A stretch of 64,000 bases of DNA, from positions 33,852,001 to 33,916,000 of the forward strand of contig JBHGNT010000001.1 of the NCBI GenBank assembly GCA_043228905.1. Reading direction: 5' to 3'. This stretch comes from Azolla caroliniana. Lineage: Eukaryota; Plantae; Polypodiophyta. Numbering within the stretch: the stretch's first letter is position 1; each line of letters starts with the position of its first letter. The notes beneath the pieces are model-generated. The model did no database searches, had not been told where the DNA came from, and was given only the letters and a program-made list of their open reading frames with translations. The translations under genes and the position numbers were made by a program. Positions 12,321-25,220 of this stretch are shown here, one piece after another.

Positions 12321-15300
12321 TCATTGTAGTAGAGGAAAATCAACAGGCAGGGATTGTGTTGGAATGAGGGCAATGATTTGGCTCTTGAGATGGTTTGCAT
12401 ACTGTTGTATCTCGGAATAGATTGGATAGTTTTGTGAACAACGAGGTTGCATGCTTGCAAGAATCAAATCAAAAGCCATGGCAATCTCTGCTGGTGGAAA
12501 CTGACGTTCAGTGAAAGCCTGAACATGAACAATGATAATGACATCAAAATGGAGACAACCTTTTGAATCAACAACTTTCGAGAAGTAGAAGAATCTTTCT
12601 TTTTTACCTGCACCATTAGTAGAGTAGCAACACAATTTGACATGAGATCTGAAAGGAAAACTGAGTCATTTTCTTTCCCAGTGCCCAAAGGTGGTGAGGT
12701 ATCATCAGCTTTGCCATCAGCATAAGATGATGATGATAAATTGGTCTTTGGCAGCTGATTAAGTGCCATACCAATCTTGGACAAAACATCTTCTCCTGGC
12801 TTGATAGAAAACATAGTGTCCATGGCAGTGTTAACCATTAAATTGGCTTGTTCTTTCGCATTCAACATTACTTCTTTCACAAGAGGAGAGAGTTCCAGTG
12901 ATAAGCTGTTAGTTTCTAGACCACCTGGATCCATCCCCTCCACGGTTTTCTGCAAAGAAGAACACTGCCATGGTGGTATGCAGTTGTCCTGATACTTATT
13001 CCGCTGCCTCATATGCAGAAGGGCGCCACAAACCTGACCAGGAGATTATACAAAAGTGCCATGCAAAACATGTTAGTCTTATGGGAATGTGCAAAGAGCC
13101 GGCTAGCCATTCATGGTGAATGAAAAGTATAAAGACGTATGGCAAAAAATGCCACTCTATTAGAAAAACATGTATTGTTATATGAGTGAGATATAAGCAG
13201 ATATAGGGATAGGTTCATATTTTGTGGAGAAATAAGGTTAGGATTAGCCCAACAAATAGATGGGTATACTGCAGGCAAGCAGCAGAGAAAAATATAAAAC
13301 CTGTTTGTTTACTTCTTTCAGTTGTAGAAGCAAAGTAGCATAATGCTTCTTAAATATGTCAGATCTGCTGAGATTATCTCTGTGTCTTTGGTTTGAATCA
13401 GCATCATCATTCATATTCCGCAATTCCAGAAGTATGGCTTCCTAACATTCATCATCACAGGGTATAAAGATTTTACATATCGGGCTGGCTAAGGTTGAAC
13501 ATATCTTTAATGTAACAGTCATGTTGCAGTAAACAGTAATGTACTCATAATAAAAGACCTTCTTATCAAGGGCTCGAGTTAAATCTGCAAGGGCCCTGAT
13601 ATCGGCTTCTCTGGCTTGAACTTGTGCCAATGAACATGGTTGATGATACATTGCTTCTTGAGCAGCTGCCACAGCTTCATTTGCTGCTGCCTTTACTTGA
13701 ATGACAGAATCAACTGTGTTTGCTGCCTGCTCCCCATGGGATATGTTATTGAAATATTTAAGAATAAATCATTATGTTTGGAGAAAATATCAAGATCAAA
13801 ACATATCGATTTTCATATTTTATACCTGAGCTTGCTTGCAAAGTGCATTTAGAAAAGTGGTTGCAGAGTGTGATGCTGGAACTCCTTCAGGTTGATCAAG
13901 TCTGTTATTTACAGAGCTTGGTGCTGCAAGTGCAGCAGCACTTCCTGTTGCCCACAACTGGAGACCACACTCAGAATCCTTTATATTTCGATTTCCAACA
14001 TCAGCTTGGATGCTCTTTTGAACTGATGTGTTTGATAGATTCTCCAAACCATTGATTGGCATACAATCAATATCCTGTTCACAAGGAGGCGCACACACAT
14101 AAAAAACCTAGCTAAAACATACCGAAATTCTATCAAAAGAAGACATACAGCAACTAACTCTACACCCATTTCAGGGCGGTCAAATTGAACTCTGAATTTC
14201 TTCAAGTCAACTGTAAGAATGCTTCCTTTACAGAGTTCCTTTTCCTTTGGATGTCGTGCGATAACCCGCTGACCAACTACAAGGTTTCTTGGAAGGTCTG
14301 GGGGAACACTATCTCCAGTTCTAACATCTTGATAATGTTTTCGAACAGAATCTCTGTAATATTCAAGTTTTTCTCTTTCTTCCTGTAGGAATCTTTTTGA
14401 CAAACGGCGTGGCTTTCCAAGAGACCTGTATCAAATCATATATTTTATATGATAATCTTGGCTAGATTTGTAACCTAGTAATAAAAGAAAAAAACTCAAC
14501 ATACCCCCGTATAACACCCCATTCAGCCCTGGTAAGCCTTGGCACATGACCAAGGCCCGCATGGTTAAGATACTCAACAAATTCATTTCGTACAAACCAA
14601 GGAAGGTCTATGGCACTGTAAAACCATTCATAAATACACCATTTCCGAACTTTCTCCGATGAGAGGCAGTGCATAAGCTTAATCTGTTGATACAGCAATA
14701 GGGAAGTAATGTCGTAGTTAAGATAAAATTAAAATTATGAACACAAAAGTGAGCAAACTTCTGCATGTTCTGGGAGTCTAATTAAATTAATACAAGGTTG
14801 GACGTGCATACATTATCACTGGAATTGTTCTCAGTTGCATGAAGAAAGTGGGGGATCATAGTTCTTGTTGATTCCTTAAGTTTTGTCTTCCGTCGGCTCC
14901 GCTTCTTTAGCGGAAGAAGCTTTACAATATTTGAATGCTCTGCTTCAGAACCCCCCATAATCACTTCTTGAGTTTCAGGTTCCTGATCTGTCTCCTTCTT
15001 GATAGGTCTTCCTGTGTACTTTGATTGAGTTTGAACTGGGAAAGTTCGTTTTGCTTTCATACGGGCCGCAGGTTCCTCAAAGTGCATAGTTGAAACCTGT
15101 TTAGTTGAAATAGACGACTAGATAATAAATTTGCCTGTAATTGCAAAAGTGTGCATTTACCCGCGCCTTGAGAAAAAAAGAATTTCAACCTTTATATTCA
15201 CCTTATTATCGTGTTCTCCATTAACATCCAGAAACAGATCTCTCTACAAAACAAATACAATATATCTCAGCAATAGCTAAAATATGAAAATGTGCTCTCT

Positions 15301-18300
15301 TCCAAACGAAAACTAAAACAAGAGCTAGCACCTTGTCAGGCACCACTGTCTTTTTCTTTTTCTTCAATTCTGAAGCCGTATGGAATTCCATTTCGAAGTT
15401 GCTACCACTATCAATTTTCGAAAAGAAATCCTTTGATCTGCCTACTAAACCACCTTTTGCATTCACCATATTTGGCATCTCTTTGGATGGACCACAAAAT
15501 GCTTCTAGATCCTCTCTTTCTGAGCACGTCACTGTCACTGATCGAGTATCCTTGTTCGTCTCCCAATTCTTCACTGCACCTGCAGTTTAGTTATAATCAT
15601 TGGACGAGAACAAACAATGTACATAATGTGCAAAGAAATTGTGTTATGTGGGATAGGCTTAACAATTTAGATGTAAATTTTCAGAGATGACCCAAACAAT
15701 ATTAAACCTGACTGAATATAGTTTTCACGCACAAAACAAAACAAGCAAAAAATGCAGAGCAATTTGCCTAGCAAAAGACCTGAATCATTTCTTGGAGATG
15801 GAAGCAGGCCATTTAATGACAAATCTGCCAAGGTTGCCAATGCATCCAGTCCACTTCTTTCATCTGAAAAGGCAAGCCGAAATAAGGTTTACCTGGAACT
15901 TATACGACAAAAATATAGGATAATCATCCAACTTCAAAATAAACAAGCGACATCATCTACCTCCAGTAAACAATTGCCTACTCCGTTTCTTCGTCTTCTG
16001 CGAGGAGGGTGGCCTCTTCTTTTTTGATTGTCGTTCCCCTTTGACATCAGTTTTCTTCATTGTTTCTTCTTCTGTGCAGCTGCATTCTTCTTTTAAGTCA
16101 TAAGATCTAAAGCTCTGAAGTTCTTGTACCTTTCCTTTCCGAGACTGAGTGTTTGGTGTTCTTCTCAGCCCGTCACTTGCTTCTCTGACATCCAGAACTC
16201 TTCTACGTGCACCCACTGTACTAATGATGGATTTGGTCACAACCCCATTCTCGGTATCCTTACTTTCTTCAGTTGCTCCATCCTCCCCATCTTCTATATT
16301 CGATCCCGTATGCCTAGTAGCAGAACTTTCTGACTCTGCAGTGACTATATGTTTAGTGTGTCCATTTTGAGTGCGAGTGGGTGAATTCCTCAATCGATCC
16401 GTCCGACTTACTGGTGTACGAGAGATCTGAGGAGAAACAGCCCTCTGTGAAGCAGAGGCTGCTAATGTCAATGCCACTTTCATTTCATCACATTCTCCAT
16501 ATGAGTCTTGGTCTGCATCATTGTCCATGGGTTTTTTATCCACGATCTGCATCATTGTCCATGGGACCCGAGGTGTCCTCTTCCCGACAGGTCTGGGACG
16601 ATTAGCTGTAGACAATACCACAATCAAATTTATTTTTTCTACGCCAATGAGAATGAAGAGAAGGTAATCAAAGGAAACAAATATCTACCAGCAATAGTTC
16701 GTGGCTTCTTTGCAGGTGAAGGTACTGCATAGTTCAGCATTCCCACTGATACTTGTGGTGTGAGTTTGGAATTATTCCCAGGTTGTATTGCAGCTGATGT
16801 ATTTCGCCGAGACCGTGATGAAATCTGATTAGATGGACCCGAACCTGCAATTTCTTTGCTGCTTTCATCATCATCATTGCTTTTGCTTTCCTCCTAAAAT
16901 AAATTATAGGAACACTCATCATTCAGGTCCAAGATCTATACATACAGAAAAGAAACTTGGAGGAGCAAATAACTAACCAAGATGTTGTAATGATCAGTCA
17001 TCATTGCTATCAGCCCTGCAGAAGATGCAGCCCCTTCAGGTAGCGATAAATAAGCCTTTAAATGAAACAATTTAAGAAATGTTATCAGTGGGAATTCAAC
17101 TATTTTAAAACCATGATAAAAATAAAAAGTTATGATGCAAACAAAATTTCCAGGAGAAAGTTGTAAAAGACTCACACATACATTTACATTTAGAATTTGC
17201 ATTAAAACAAATGCAAGAGAGTGGAGAAAAAGAGAACACTGCATATGCATGTATGCTGTTCCCAAACAAAAGTCCTAACTCATCTCTAGCCAACCACAAA
17301 AGTTGGAACTTACTTCAGAATGTTGCTTATTTCGATAAAATGCCCCTAATAGCACAAACCGAACTGTTGTGAGAGTTTATGATATCTATATGATGCTTTC
17401 ATTTTATGTTTGCATCATTTAATATGCTGATGCTGCTAGAAACGTTTTCTATTTCCAACTAATCAGAAGTAAAAAAATTTGAAAGTTACTGCACTATTTT
17501 CTCTGATAATGGCTATTATCAGAATAACCAAGTAACAGAATAAACGACATGACAATGTTCATGTTACTTATTTATTTCCCACAATACGCATGAGTGAAAA
17601 AGATAATTACCTTATTCATTTTGTAAAGGACTTCGATCATTTCAACAGTTCGATTTTGAAAAGAACCGGCCACCTGCATTAGTTTCCATCACATCAATAA
17701 AATATTTACATGCTGTGGAAGCCCACAAATATTAACTACAATGTCAACACTTCTGGCAAATTCATCCACAGTTCTACTTTAACTAAAAAACACAGATTAT
17801 TTGCAAAGCTTGCAAGGAGTGGTTAAACTCCTCGTCGAGAATTAGATGTCATCAATTCACAAATCTGCAACAGTTCCTCAAGCTTAATTACATATATACC
17901 TTTTTCCAGTCTCTTCCGTGGCGACGATAAGATTGATAGAAGTGTTTGAGGTCTTCCTCTGACCACGGAGGGCCCAGTAGGTCTGAAATTTTTCTTTTCT
18001 GCCAAAAATAAAGCCAAGACATTAAATAGAATGGAAGTCAATAGATCATCTTCGAAACAAACAGCACATCCCACCAGAAAAAATAATAAAACATTTGCTA
18101 ATGACAACAAATTTCAAGTTTCCTAGCATTGTCAATGAAACTAACTATTACTGCTCATTGCTAAGCAAATAAAAAGCTTAATCTGCCCAATCTTTTAGCA
18201 TTTCACATTCAATTCCCACTGCTTCTCTCACTTTGTGGTGTTTCCAACCATTCCTCTTAAAGCATTTTACAAAATAACCTATCACTCATGGCAAAACTGA

Positions 18301-18969
18301 CATGAAGCTTTCCACACATGAAATCAATGGCTTGAACAGGGTTTGAATTAGGGTGTTTTGTTCACATGGCCAGAAATACTATCAGTTTCAGTATTTCTGT
18401 CAATCTCCCTGGCTTGTTTAGGTCATAATTCTGTTTGCATGGGAACATCTTGGCATATTTTAAACCCATAGATCCTAATTCAAACCCTTTGTTTCTAACA
18501 TATCAAATATGTGAATTTTAGCATATCACAAAGATGTAGAACTTGACAAATTAAAAGAAGTATCAGTTGAACCCATGAAAGGTGAAAATTTAGCAGATCA
18601 ACTAACATACATACGAATGATGTATGTCAGCGCCCTCTCTCTGATTAAATTGTATCTCAAAATGTGTATAATTTAACATGCCAAAGGATACATCATTAGC
18701 AGATCAAGATATGAGTAATTTAACACATCAAAGATGACAGTATATGAAATCTTTCTCATGATGTGCACTGTCAATTGCAACGTTAGCTGGTAAATTTCTG
18801 AACATCAAGAGTCACAATAAACTCCATGCATACCATGAAAATGCAAGGTTTTGATACGTTATACACTCAGGTTCAAAACTCACTATATGCAATACTCTAC
18901 TTGAAGCCATTGGGTTTGAATGCATGAACTTCTGGTCTCTTCCGGACAGCCTTACAAACTGCTCATTCA

Positions 18970-19008
<39 letters not shown>

Positions 19009-19286
19009 TCACTCAGCTTCATGGTTTACAAAATTGCATCAAATTCCTAAAATTAAGAAAACCCAAGTTTGATCCTCACCACTGGCACATAGATTGCATT
19101 GGTCTCCAGTGGATATTAATCATATATCTTCGGTCTATGTATTTATCTATCTCTTTCACTAAACAAAATTACGATACTGACCTTTTGTTTACTCTTCTCT
19201 GGCCACTCTTCATCACGATCCTCGCTGAATTCTTCTTTGCTTTTGCCATATCGTCGGCTACTTGTCCTTGGCCTTCTCGAATACAT
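12321..19286 (-). CDS. ALY: ALWAYS EARLY protein (LIN9 homologue; SANT/Myb plus DIRP domains); DREAM/MuvB subunit
   Basis: Multi-exon gene. ATG at 19286 gives [15 protein letters not shown]...KSKQK, then [94 protein letters not shown] region: [87 protein letters not shown]. Then [19 protein letters not shown] and C-terminal [12 protein letters not shown]; TGA at 12321-12323. Confidence 0.96.
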
Positions 19287-19990
19287 TCTTCTTCTCTACA
19301 CGGTCATAATTCAACAATCTACTGCAGAATTCAAAGTCAAAGTTTTCAATCCTTAAGAAGAGGACACCGAGGGATGCTTGTCTCTCCTTACCCACAATCT
19401 CGAACCAGATATCAGTTGCAAGTTCAGGATAGAGCGAAAGACAGAAATCTAAACCATAGTTTTTCTTTTCTCATTTTGCAAAAAATCAGATCTACAATGA
19501 CTTAATAGGAAGATAGAGTTTGTTTCCTTTTTGGTGGGGGGGGGATGGGAGAGTTTGGGTGGGCAAATGAAGAGGATATCAAAATTAGGTTGTTGGGCAG
19601 AGAAGCTATAAAGAGAATTATATATTTTTGGAGGTGCAAATTGAAGTTGATCGGATATGCAAAATTAAGGTTTTTGCAGATACAAATTAGGGCTTCCGAA
19701 TCAGAAGAGTTATAATTACAGCAGAAACAGAGGAAAGCATATCAAATTCGGCTTTGGGCAGGGAGCTATGGCATCAGAGAATGTAGAAAGAAGGTTAAGG
19801 TTTAGCAGCGAAATGTATGGAAGGATACTTAGGGGAGACACAGGCAGCGCATCTGGAAAAACAGAATTGAGGGAAGAAGGTGGGAATAAAAGGGAAGGAA
19901 TTTGAGGGGTTTAGAAGAGATGCAATGGTAGGGTGTCGCAGAGACGCGAATTAGGGTTTAGTGGAGAAGGGGAGAAAACAGAATAAAAGG

Positions 19991-20048
19991 AGAAGAAGAA
20001 GAAGAAGAAGAAGAAGAAGGAAGTGAGGAAGGAAGAAGAAGAAGAAGA
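19991..20048. repeat. (GAA/CTT)n tract, likely ALY 5' UTR or transcription-start region
   Basis: Pyrimidine-rich CTT repeats on the ALY sense strand, upstream of a 5' UTR intron acceptor (ctgcag at ~19322-19327). Confidence 0.7.
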
Positions 20049-20077
20049 AAACGATGAGAAAATTCGTATTCAAAGCA

Positions 20078-20175
20078 TCCACGTCAGGCTGGATCGGGCC
20101 ACGTAGGATGTCCACGTGGAGGGGAACTTCCACGTGGCCCGGCCAGCTCATCCTTTTTGAAATTGCCACGTCATC
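20078..20175. promoter_or_regulatory. cluster of five CCACGT G-box/ABRE-like cores in the ALY promoter
   Basis: CCACGTCA (~20079), CCACGTAG (~20099), CCACGTGG (~20112), CCACGTGGC (~20130) and GCCACGTCA (~20165) lie within 100 bp. Confidence 0.65.
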
Positions 20176-20887
20176 TCTGTGCTCTCTCACACTCTTCTCT
20201 GCTGTGTTATTATTATAATTTATAATAATTCAAAGCTTTTTGAAATTCGGGGAGCGATGCCCTTTCTGCCCCTTCCAATTACATATTTCTAATTTTCATG
20301 TTTTTTTATCTGTCCGTCCGTCCCCTCGTGTTCACACTTGTCCGGACGCAAACCATTTCTCCATTCCTTCAAATGTATTTCTCCGGACGAAGGTTTCAGG
20401 AGTTTTCCCGACAATATGCATGCCCTCGTGAGCTCTTTCGGCACAACACTTTCGGCGGTCGAATGCTACATGCCACTTTCATACAATGGGTACACAGGAA
20501 GATCACACGAAATCCAGTGCCACGACCATAATCTTGGTTTCGCATTCTTTGCGAATGCGCTACGAGCTTTGGTCCAAGCCCTCTTCGAGACCCAAATTAC
20601 TTTAACACACGGACGTATAAACGATGACCGATAATAGCTCTCTGAGCTTGCAATTTATTAGTCCTTTGCAAGAAGTAGCGGCACACATGATCCACACGTG
20701 CGTAATTGTGTATATGTGTATGTGCGGGCGACCTTGCTTTTCCTTAGGAAGCAAGTGAAGGGTACGTACGCACGACACACAATGGTCGAGAGTTCTGCGG
20801 GATATCGGGTTCGTGTTCACACCCGCTTCACTACAATCAATGGTTTCTCAATGACACGAGGCTAGCAACCCATTGGCAGGTCACGAG

Positions 20888-21290
20888 TAACAATTGGCAA
20901 CGGTTTGATTGGGTTTGAGAGGGTCAAAACTGAGCCGTTAAAATTTTTTGAAACTTGAACCGAACCAAACCACGAAACTGTTAAACCGAACCGTCAAATT
21001 TTTTCAAACCATTAAACCGTTAAAACCACAGTTTCGGTTTCCACCTTAGGTAAATAAAATAAAATATATTTTTAAAATTTAAAGATGTTCCTAAAATGTG
21101 AGAATAAGGTCTAAAAATGAAAATATTGTTTAAAAACAATTTTTACTTTTTTTTGTAAACATTAAAAAAAAAACCATTAAACTGTTTAAACCACGGTTTC
21201 TAACTGTTGAAACCAAACCGAACTGATTAAACTGTTAAGCTGCGGTTGTGTGGTTCCGTTTGGTTCAAACCGAACCGTTGCCAATTGTTA
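20888..21290. mobile_element. 403-bp non-autonomous hAT-type MITE
   Basis: Perfect 18-bp TIRs TAACAATTGGCAACGGTT (20888-20905) and AACCGTTGCCAATTGTTA (21273-21290). 8-bp TSD GTCACGAG (20880-20887) / GTCACAAG (21291-21298), one mismatch. Many subterminal AACCG/CGGTT motifs. Confidence 0.9.
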
Positions 21291-22667
21291 GTCACAAGTT
21301 CGAATCCCACTTGTTCAGACACTCATTTTTTTGTTTTCCTTATCTAAGATCTTCATTGCTTCTCTCTTTGCCCCCACGTCATAAGCTCCCATGGAAGGTC
21401 CTCGCTGCCTCCAACACCACGCTCAAAATCTTGGCATTCCACTAATGACCCATTCCACTAATAATACAAGACCATTGTTGTTTGTAAGTAGAAAGGAACC
21501 ATCTCACCATCTCTCCCTAAATGCCGGCATTTCCACGGATGATCCATTTGTTTTAATGCCGTTGTTGACAAGGTGGGCTTTTTCCATGGATTTGAGAGTC
21601 ACTTGCCTTAATGCACTTCTCTTTCAGAAAAGAACCGGTTTTGTTTCAAAACAATTCAGATCAGCAATGTCCTAGTCTTCTTAATGGCAATCATACACAC
21701 ATTGATTTATCCCTCTAATTCGTCATTGGTGAAGTGCCGTTACTTTTCACAAAGGCATGGGGGGTGAATGTTTGAAACAGACCAATTTTGAAGGATTATT
21801 AAGCACATTATGATCCTTTAGGCGTTTAATTAGAATGGTCAATGAAAAATAACTGCAAACTAGCAATGTTTCGTAACATTATAAATTATTCCATGACTTA
21901 ACGGTCTCCTTTCAAGCTTTCAAGCATCCACTATGAATCAATCATTGTTTTGATTCTTTGTTGTTTTACAACAATTTTCTAAGATGTTAATAGGGCACTG
22001 TGTCTTCATTGATCAGAAAGGAAGAACTAAATGTCTAGGAATCAATGTTTGGGAAAAAGTCCTTGAGTAATTGATCGAGATATGTTTTTCACGCATGTGA
22101 TGACCAGGAATCATAAGACAAGGGCCATACAACAGTGTAATGGTTCAACCCTCTTAAATGTTCATCATGTATCCAACAATATACCTTAAATGTGGAAACG
22201 TGATGTTAATTTTCATTTAACAAGTGATGGTTTAATCAAGTATGTGCAATAATAAAGCCACTAAATGCAAAGCATAATACTGGCAGATGAGGAGATACTA
22301 ATTAAATCATAGCCTAAAATGATTAAAAGAGTGGATTGGAGAGCTTAGTGATACTTGTAAATCGCTAAGCACAAATAATGACACTAATACTGAGGATTCA
22401 TTTCCCATGTATGTATCACATTCATTTTCCACAAGCAAAAATCTGACGGATTGCAGTAACATTATGGAAGGAATTTCATTCCATGTCACATTTTTCCCCA
22501 ATTTGATTTCGTAAGACAGGAATGGAAAAAGCACCCACAATGATTGCCATTAATACATAGCTCAAGAAATGCAAACACAAGCTTAATGCTTAGTTGAAAA
22601 TTTGCTCAAAGAATGAGAACATAGGGTTTGTGTGTTATTAATTGATCATTAGACTTCAACCTTTTTC

Positions 22668-25220
22668 TTAAGAGCCGTCATCAAGATGGCGAGTTTTTGT
22701 TACAGGCTCCTCTACATCACTGTCCCCATCTTCATTCAATCTTTTCCTCAATGGAATTATTTGCCGTAAAGCCATATCCCAATTCTTTAGTTCAAGGTAA
22801 CGTAAAAATATTTCTACTACTTGATTGACGGTCAAAACCTAATTCAAAAACAAAACGGAGAATTAGAAATAAATAAACAATTCACAGCTATACATACTTC
22901 TTGAAGTAAACACATGAAAACCATTATAAATCATCAAATCAATCAAGCAATGTGTAGTAAAACAATCTAATATAATAAAATACATGCATCAAACGACCAT
23001 CAGTTCTATCACCAGTGACCATGTTTAAGCTTTCATACATAAATGATGTACTCATTTGCATTTACTATAAATAGTCATACACAAATATTTGAGCACTTCA
23101 TTCAAATTAGAAAGAGTGGGGGGTAGGACTAATATCTCACAAAATACGATCCTTTTGGCACACAAAAACAACCTCCTAGGATCATTTATTTAGTTACAGT
23201 TCCACATCAAGCATAGCTATGAGAAACTAAAGATCCTTTGTGTGCACATACCATCGATCCTGTCAACTTCATATGCTCAGAAATGGGAAGCTTTGCTGTA
23301 GCAATCCCTTGACTTTTCGCCTTCTCAAGTGTCAGACCTTTCCACCGGTTACGATCCACTAGACCCCCAATGATGTAGATCTTTGATTCCTCGAGTTGGT
23401 CAATTAGGCATTCCGAGTCAGCAGTAAGGTAGACCAAGTCTTGTTTGCGCTCTCGGAATGCTTCCAAGTATGATACCTCGTGTTTGTGGATCAACCAATT
23501 ACCGAATCCAGACACCTTGTTGAGGTGTCCGAGTATTTCGCCTGTGCACCCCGTGAGCGACAAGCTTGTGGGAACAGAGGCTTTCCCATTCGCTGCATAC
23601 GAATACATTATCTGCAAGAAAAAATAATAGAAATGTCATACAGACGTTTATAATTGAAGGAAAATGAAGGGAATTAGGGTTAGAAATTTGAAAGTTCATC
23701 TTTGAAACCTATAACAAAAACGAGGGATGCTGAAGTAGACGTATTGGGTTTAACCACATACATTCATTATGCAACTAGTCAAATCCTTTTTTAGGGTTTA
23801 ACCACATACATTTCCCTCATATATGTAGCAAGAAAAAACAGGGTTTCGAGCCCTCACATATACCTGTCCCTAGGTTTTAGGGACTAGAATTTAGTATTTA
23901 TGGTTTAGGCCCTACTGTTTGGTTAGTGGAGTTTAGACACATATATATCTTACGCAAAGCCTAGCCAATGATCACAGCTATAAACATGTGGAACAAAGAA
24001 GAACCAGTATTAGAGTTTAGGATTTTTGACGCCTAATCTATTGCACGGTGCTAGTGACTTCATTGGACTTCATAAAACCCTAGCCATAGATAGACCCTAA
24101 CATCGGGTCCTAAACTATAAATCCTCAATAGCAAGCCCACTGTATAATTGCGTAAAGCCATACACGTGTTAGATATTTAAAAGGACAAAGAGAGCATAGC
24201 AGGGTTTTCCTGACACTTACAAAAATCCTGTTTTAGAGTTTTTCGGATGCGTACCAATGCAGGCTTTGGGGTTTCCATGATACATTTACAAATTTAAGGG
24301 TGGGGGGTTTAGACACTCGAATTGGCAGCTGATCAGCTTCACAAGCAAGCTGCAGGTCTTTTCAATCTCTAATACTTAATTTGCCCAAGATCATTGGTGT
24401 TGGTTCACATTTTATGGCATCACAGAAATTGATTGTAACCCTAAACCCTAAACCCTAAACTTACTTGTTGCACAAGGCTTGCAAGTTCGCTGGGCTTCAT
24501 GCGGTCAGCAAATTCAAGATCAATCACAAGGTTCTGACCACTCTCCATAGCTTGCTTCATCTTGTTCTTCCGATCATTAGACCTCTCTTTCCTTGCGACT
24601 TTGTTCTCAGTTTTCTCCTTCAATACCAGTTCTTGCTCCTCTGTAGACATGGCAGAGAGCTTCTCTTCCCACTCCTTCTTCCTCCTTTCTTTCTCTTCAA
24701 GCCTCTGGGTCTTCTCAAAAGCTTTCCTTTCTGCTTTCTTAGCTTGATATCTCTCCATTTTAAGCAATTTCTTCTGTGCATTTTTAGAAAGGGTAGGGGG
24801 TACGCATACCTCGGTCTGCTTCTCCTCTGAAAGAGCCATGTCTCGGGCTGGATTCTCATCATTGCAGGAAATGAGTTCTTCTGCCTTCTTCATATAATCA
24901 GTGCACTGGGGGGGATCTTCCGATCTGCTCTGTTCTTCTCTGGAGAGGATGTCTGTCTGATTCTCCACCGAAGAGGACATGTCAAGGGTTGGGTTGTGGT
25001 CTTTGCAGGAAATGGATTCTTCTGGGTTCGTCTTCAGATTAGCAGTGAATTGGTTGGGGGTGTCTTTGGGAATGCTCTGCTCCTCCATGGAGGAAGATGA
25101 AGGGAAAGAGGAGTGGTGTCTCAGCAGGAGGGGAGGGCCATATCTTCTGGTTTTGGGTTGTAGCCAAAACCTAGTGAGGAGGAAGGAGGTTAAGGGTTTT
25201 GCCCAAATTAGCCACTTCAT
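22668..25220 (-). CDS. TRM10: tRNA (guanine(9)-N1)-methyltransferase, SPOUT Trm10 family
   Basis: Three exons: 25220 (or 25088)-24465, 23611-23252, 22838-22668. Motifs LSKNAQKKLLK, LVIDLEFADRM..ELASLVQQIMYSYA, LVYLTADS, YIIGGLVDRNRWKG, TAKLPI, VLTVNQVVEI, IPLRKR. TAA at 22668-22670. Confidence 0.95.
24439..24459 (-). repeat. three perfect plant telomere repeats (TTTAGGG)3 directly after the TRM10 intron-1 donor
   Basis: The minus strand reads CAA|GTAAG TTTAGGG TTTAGGG TTTAGGG TTAC. Confidence 0.9.

Noticed and set aside
18924-19505. 193-aa plus-strand ORF
   Set aside because: It has no domain, spans CT/CA microsatellites, and is antisense to ALY coding exon 1 and the flanking introns.
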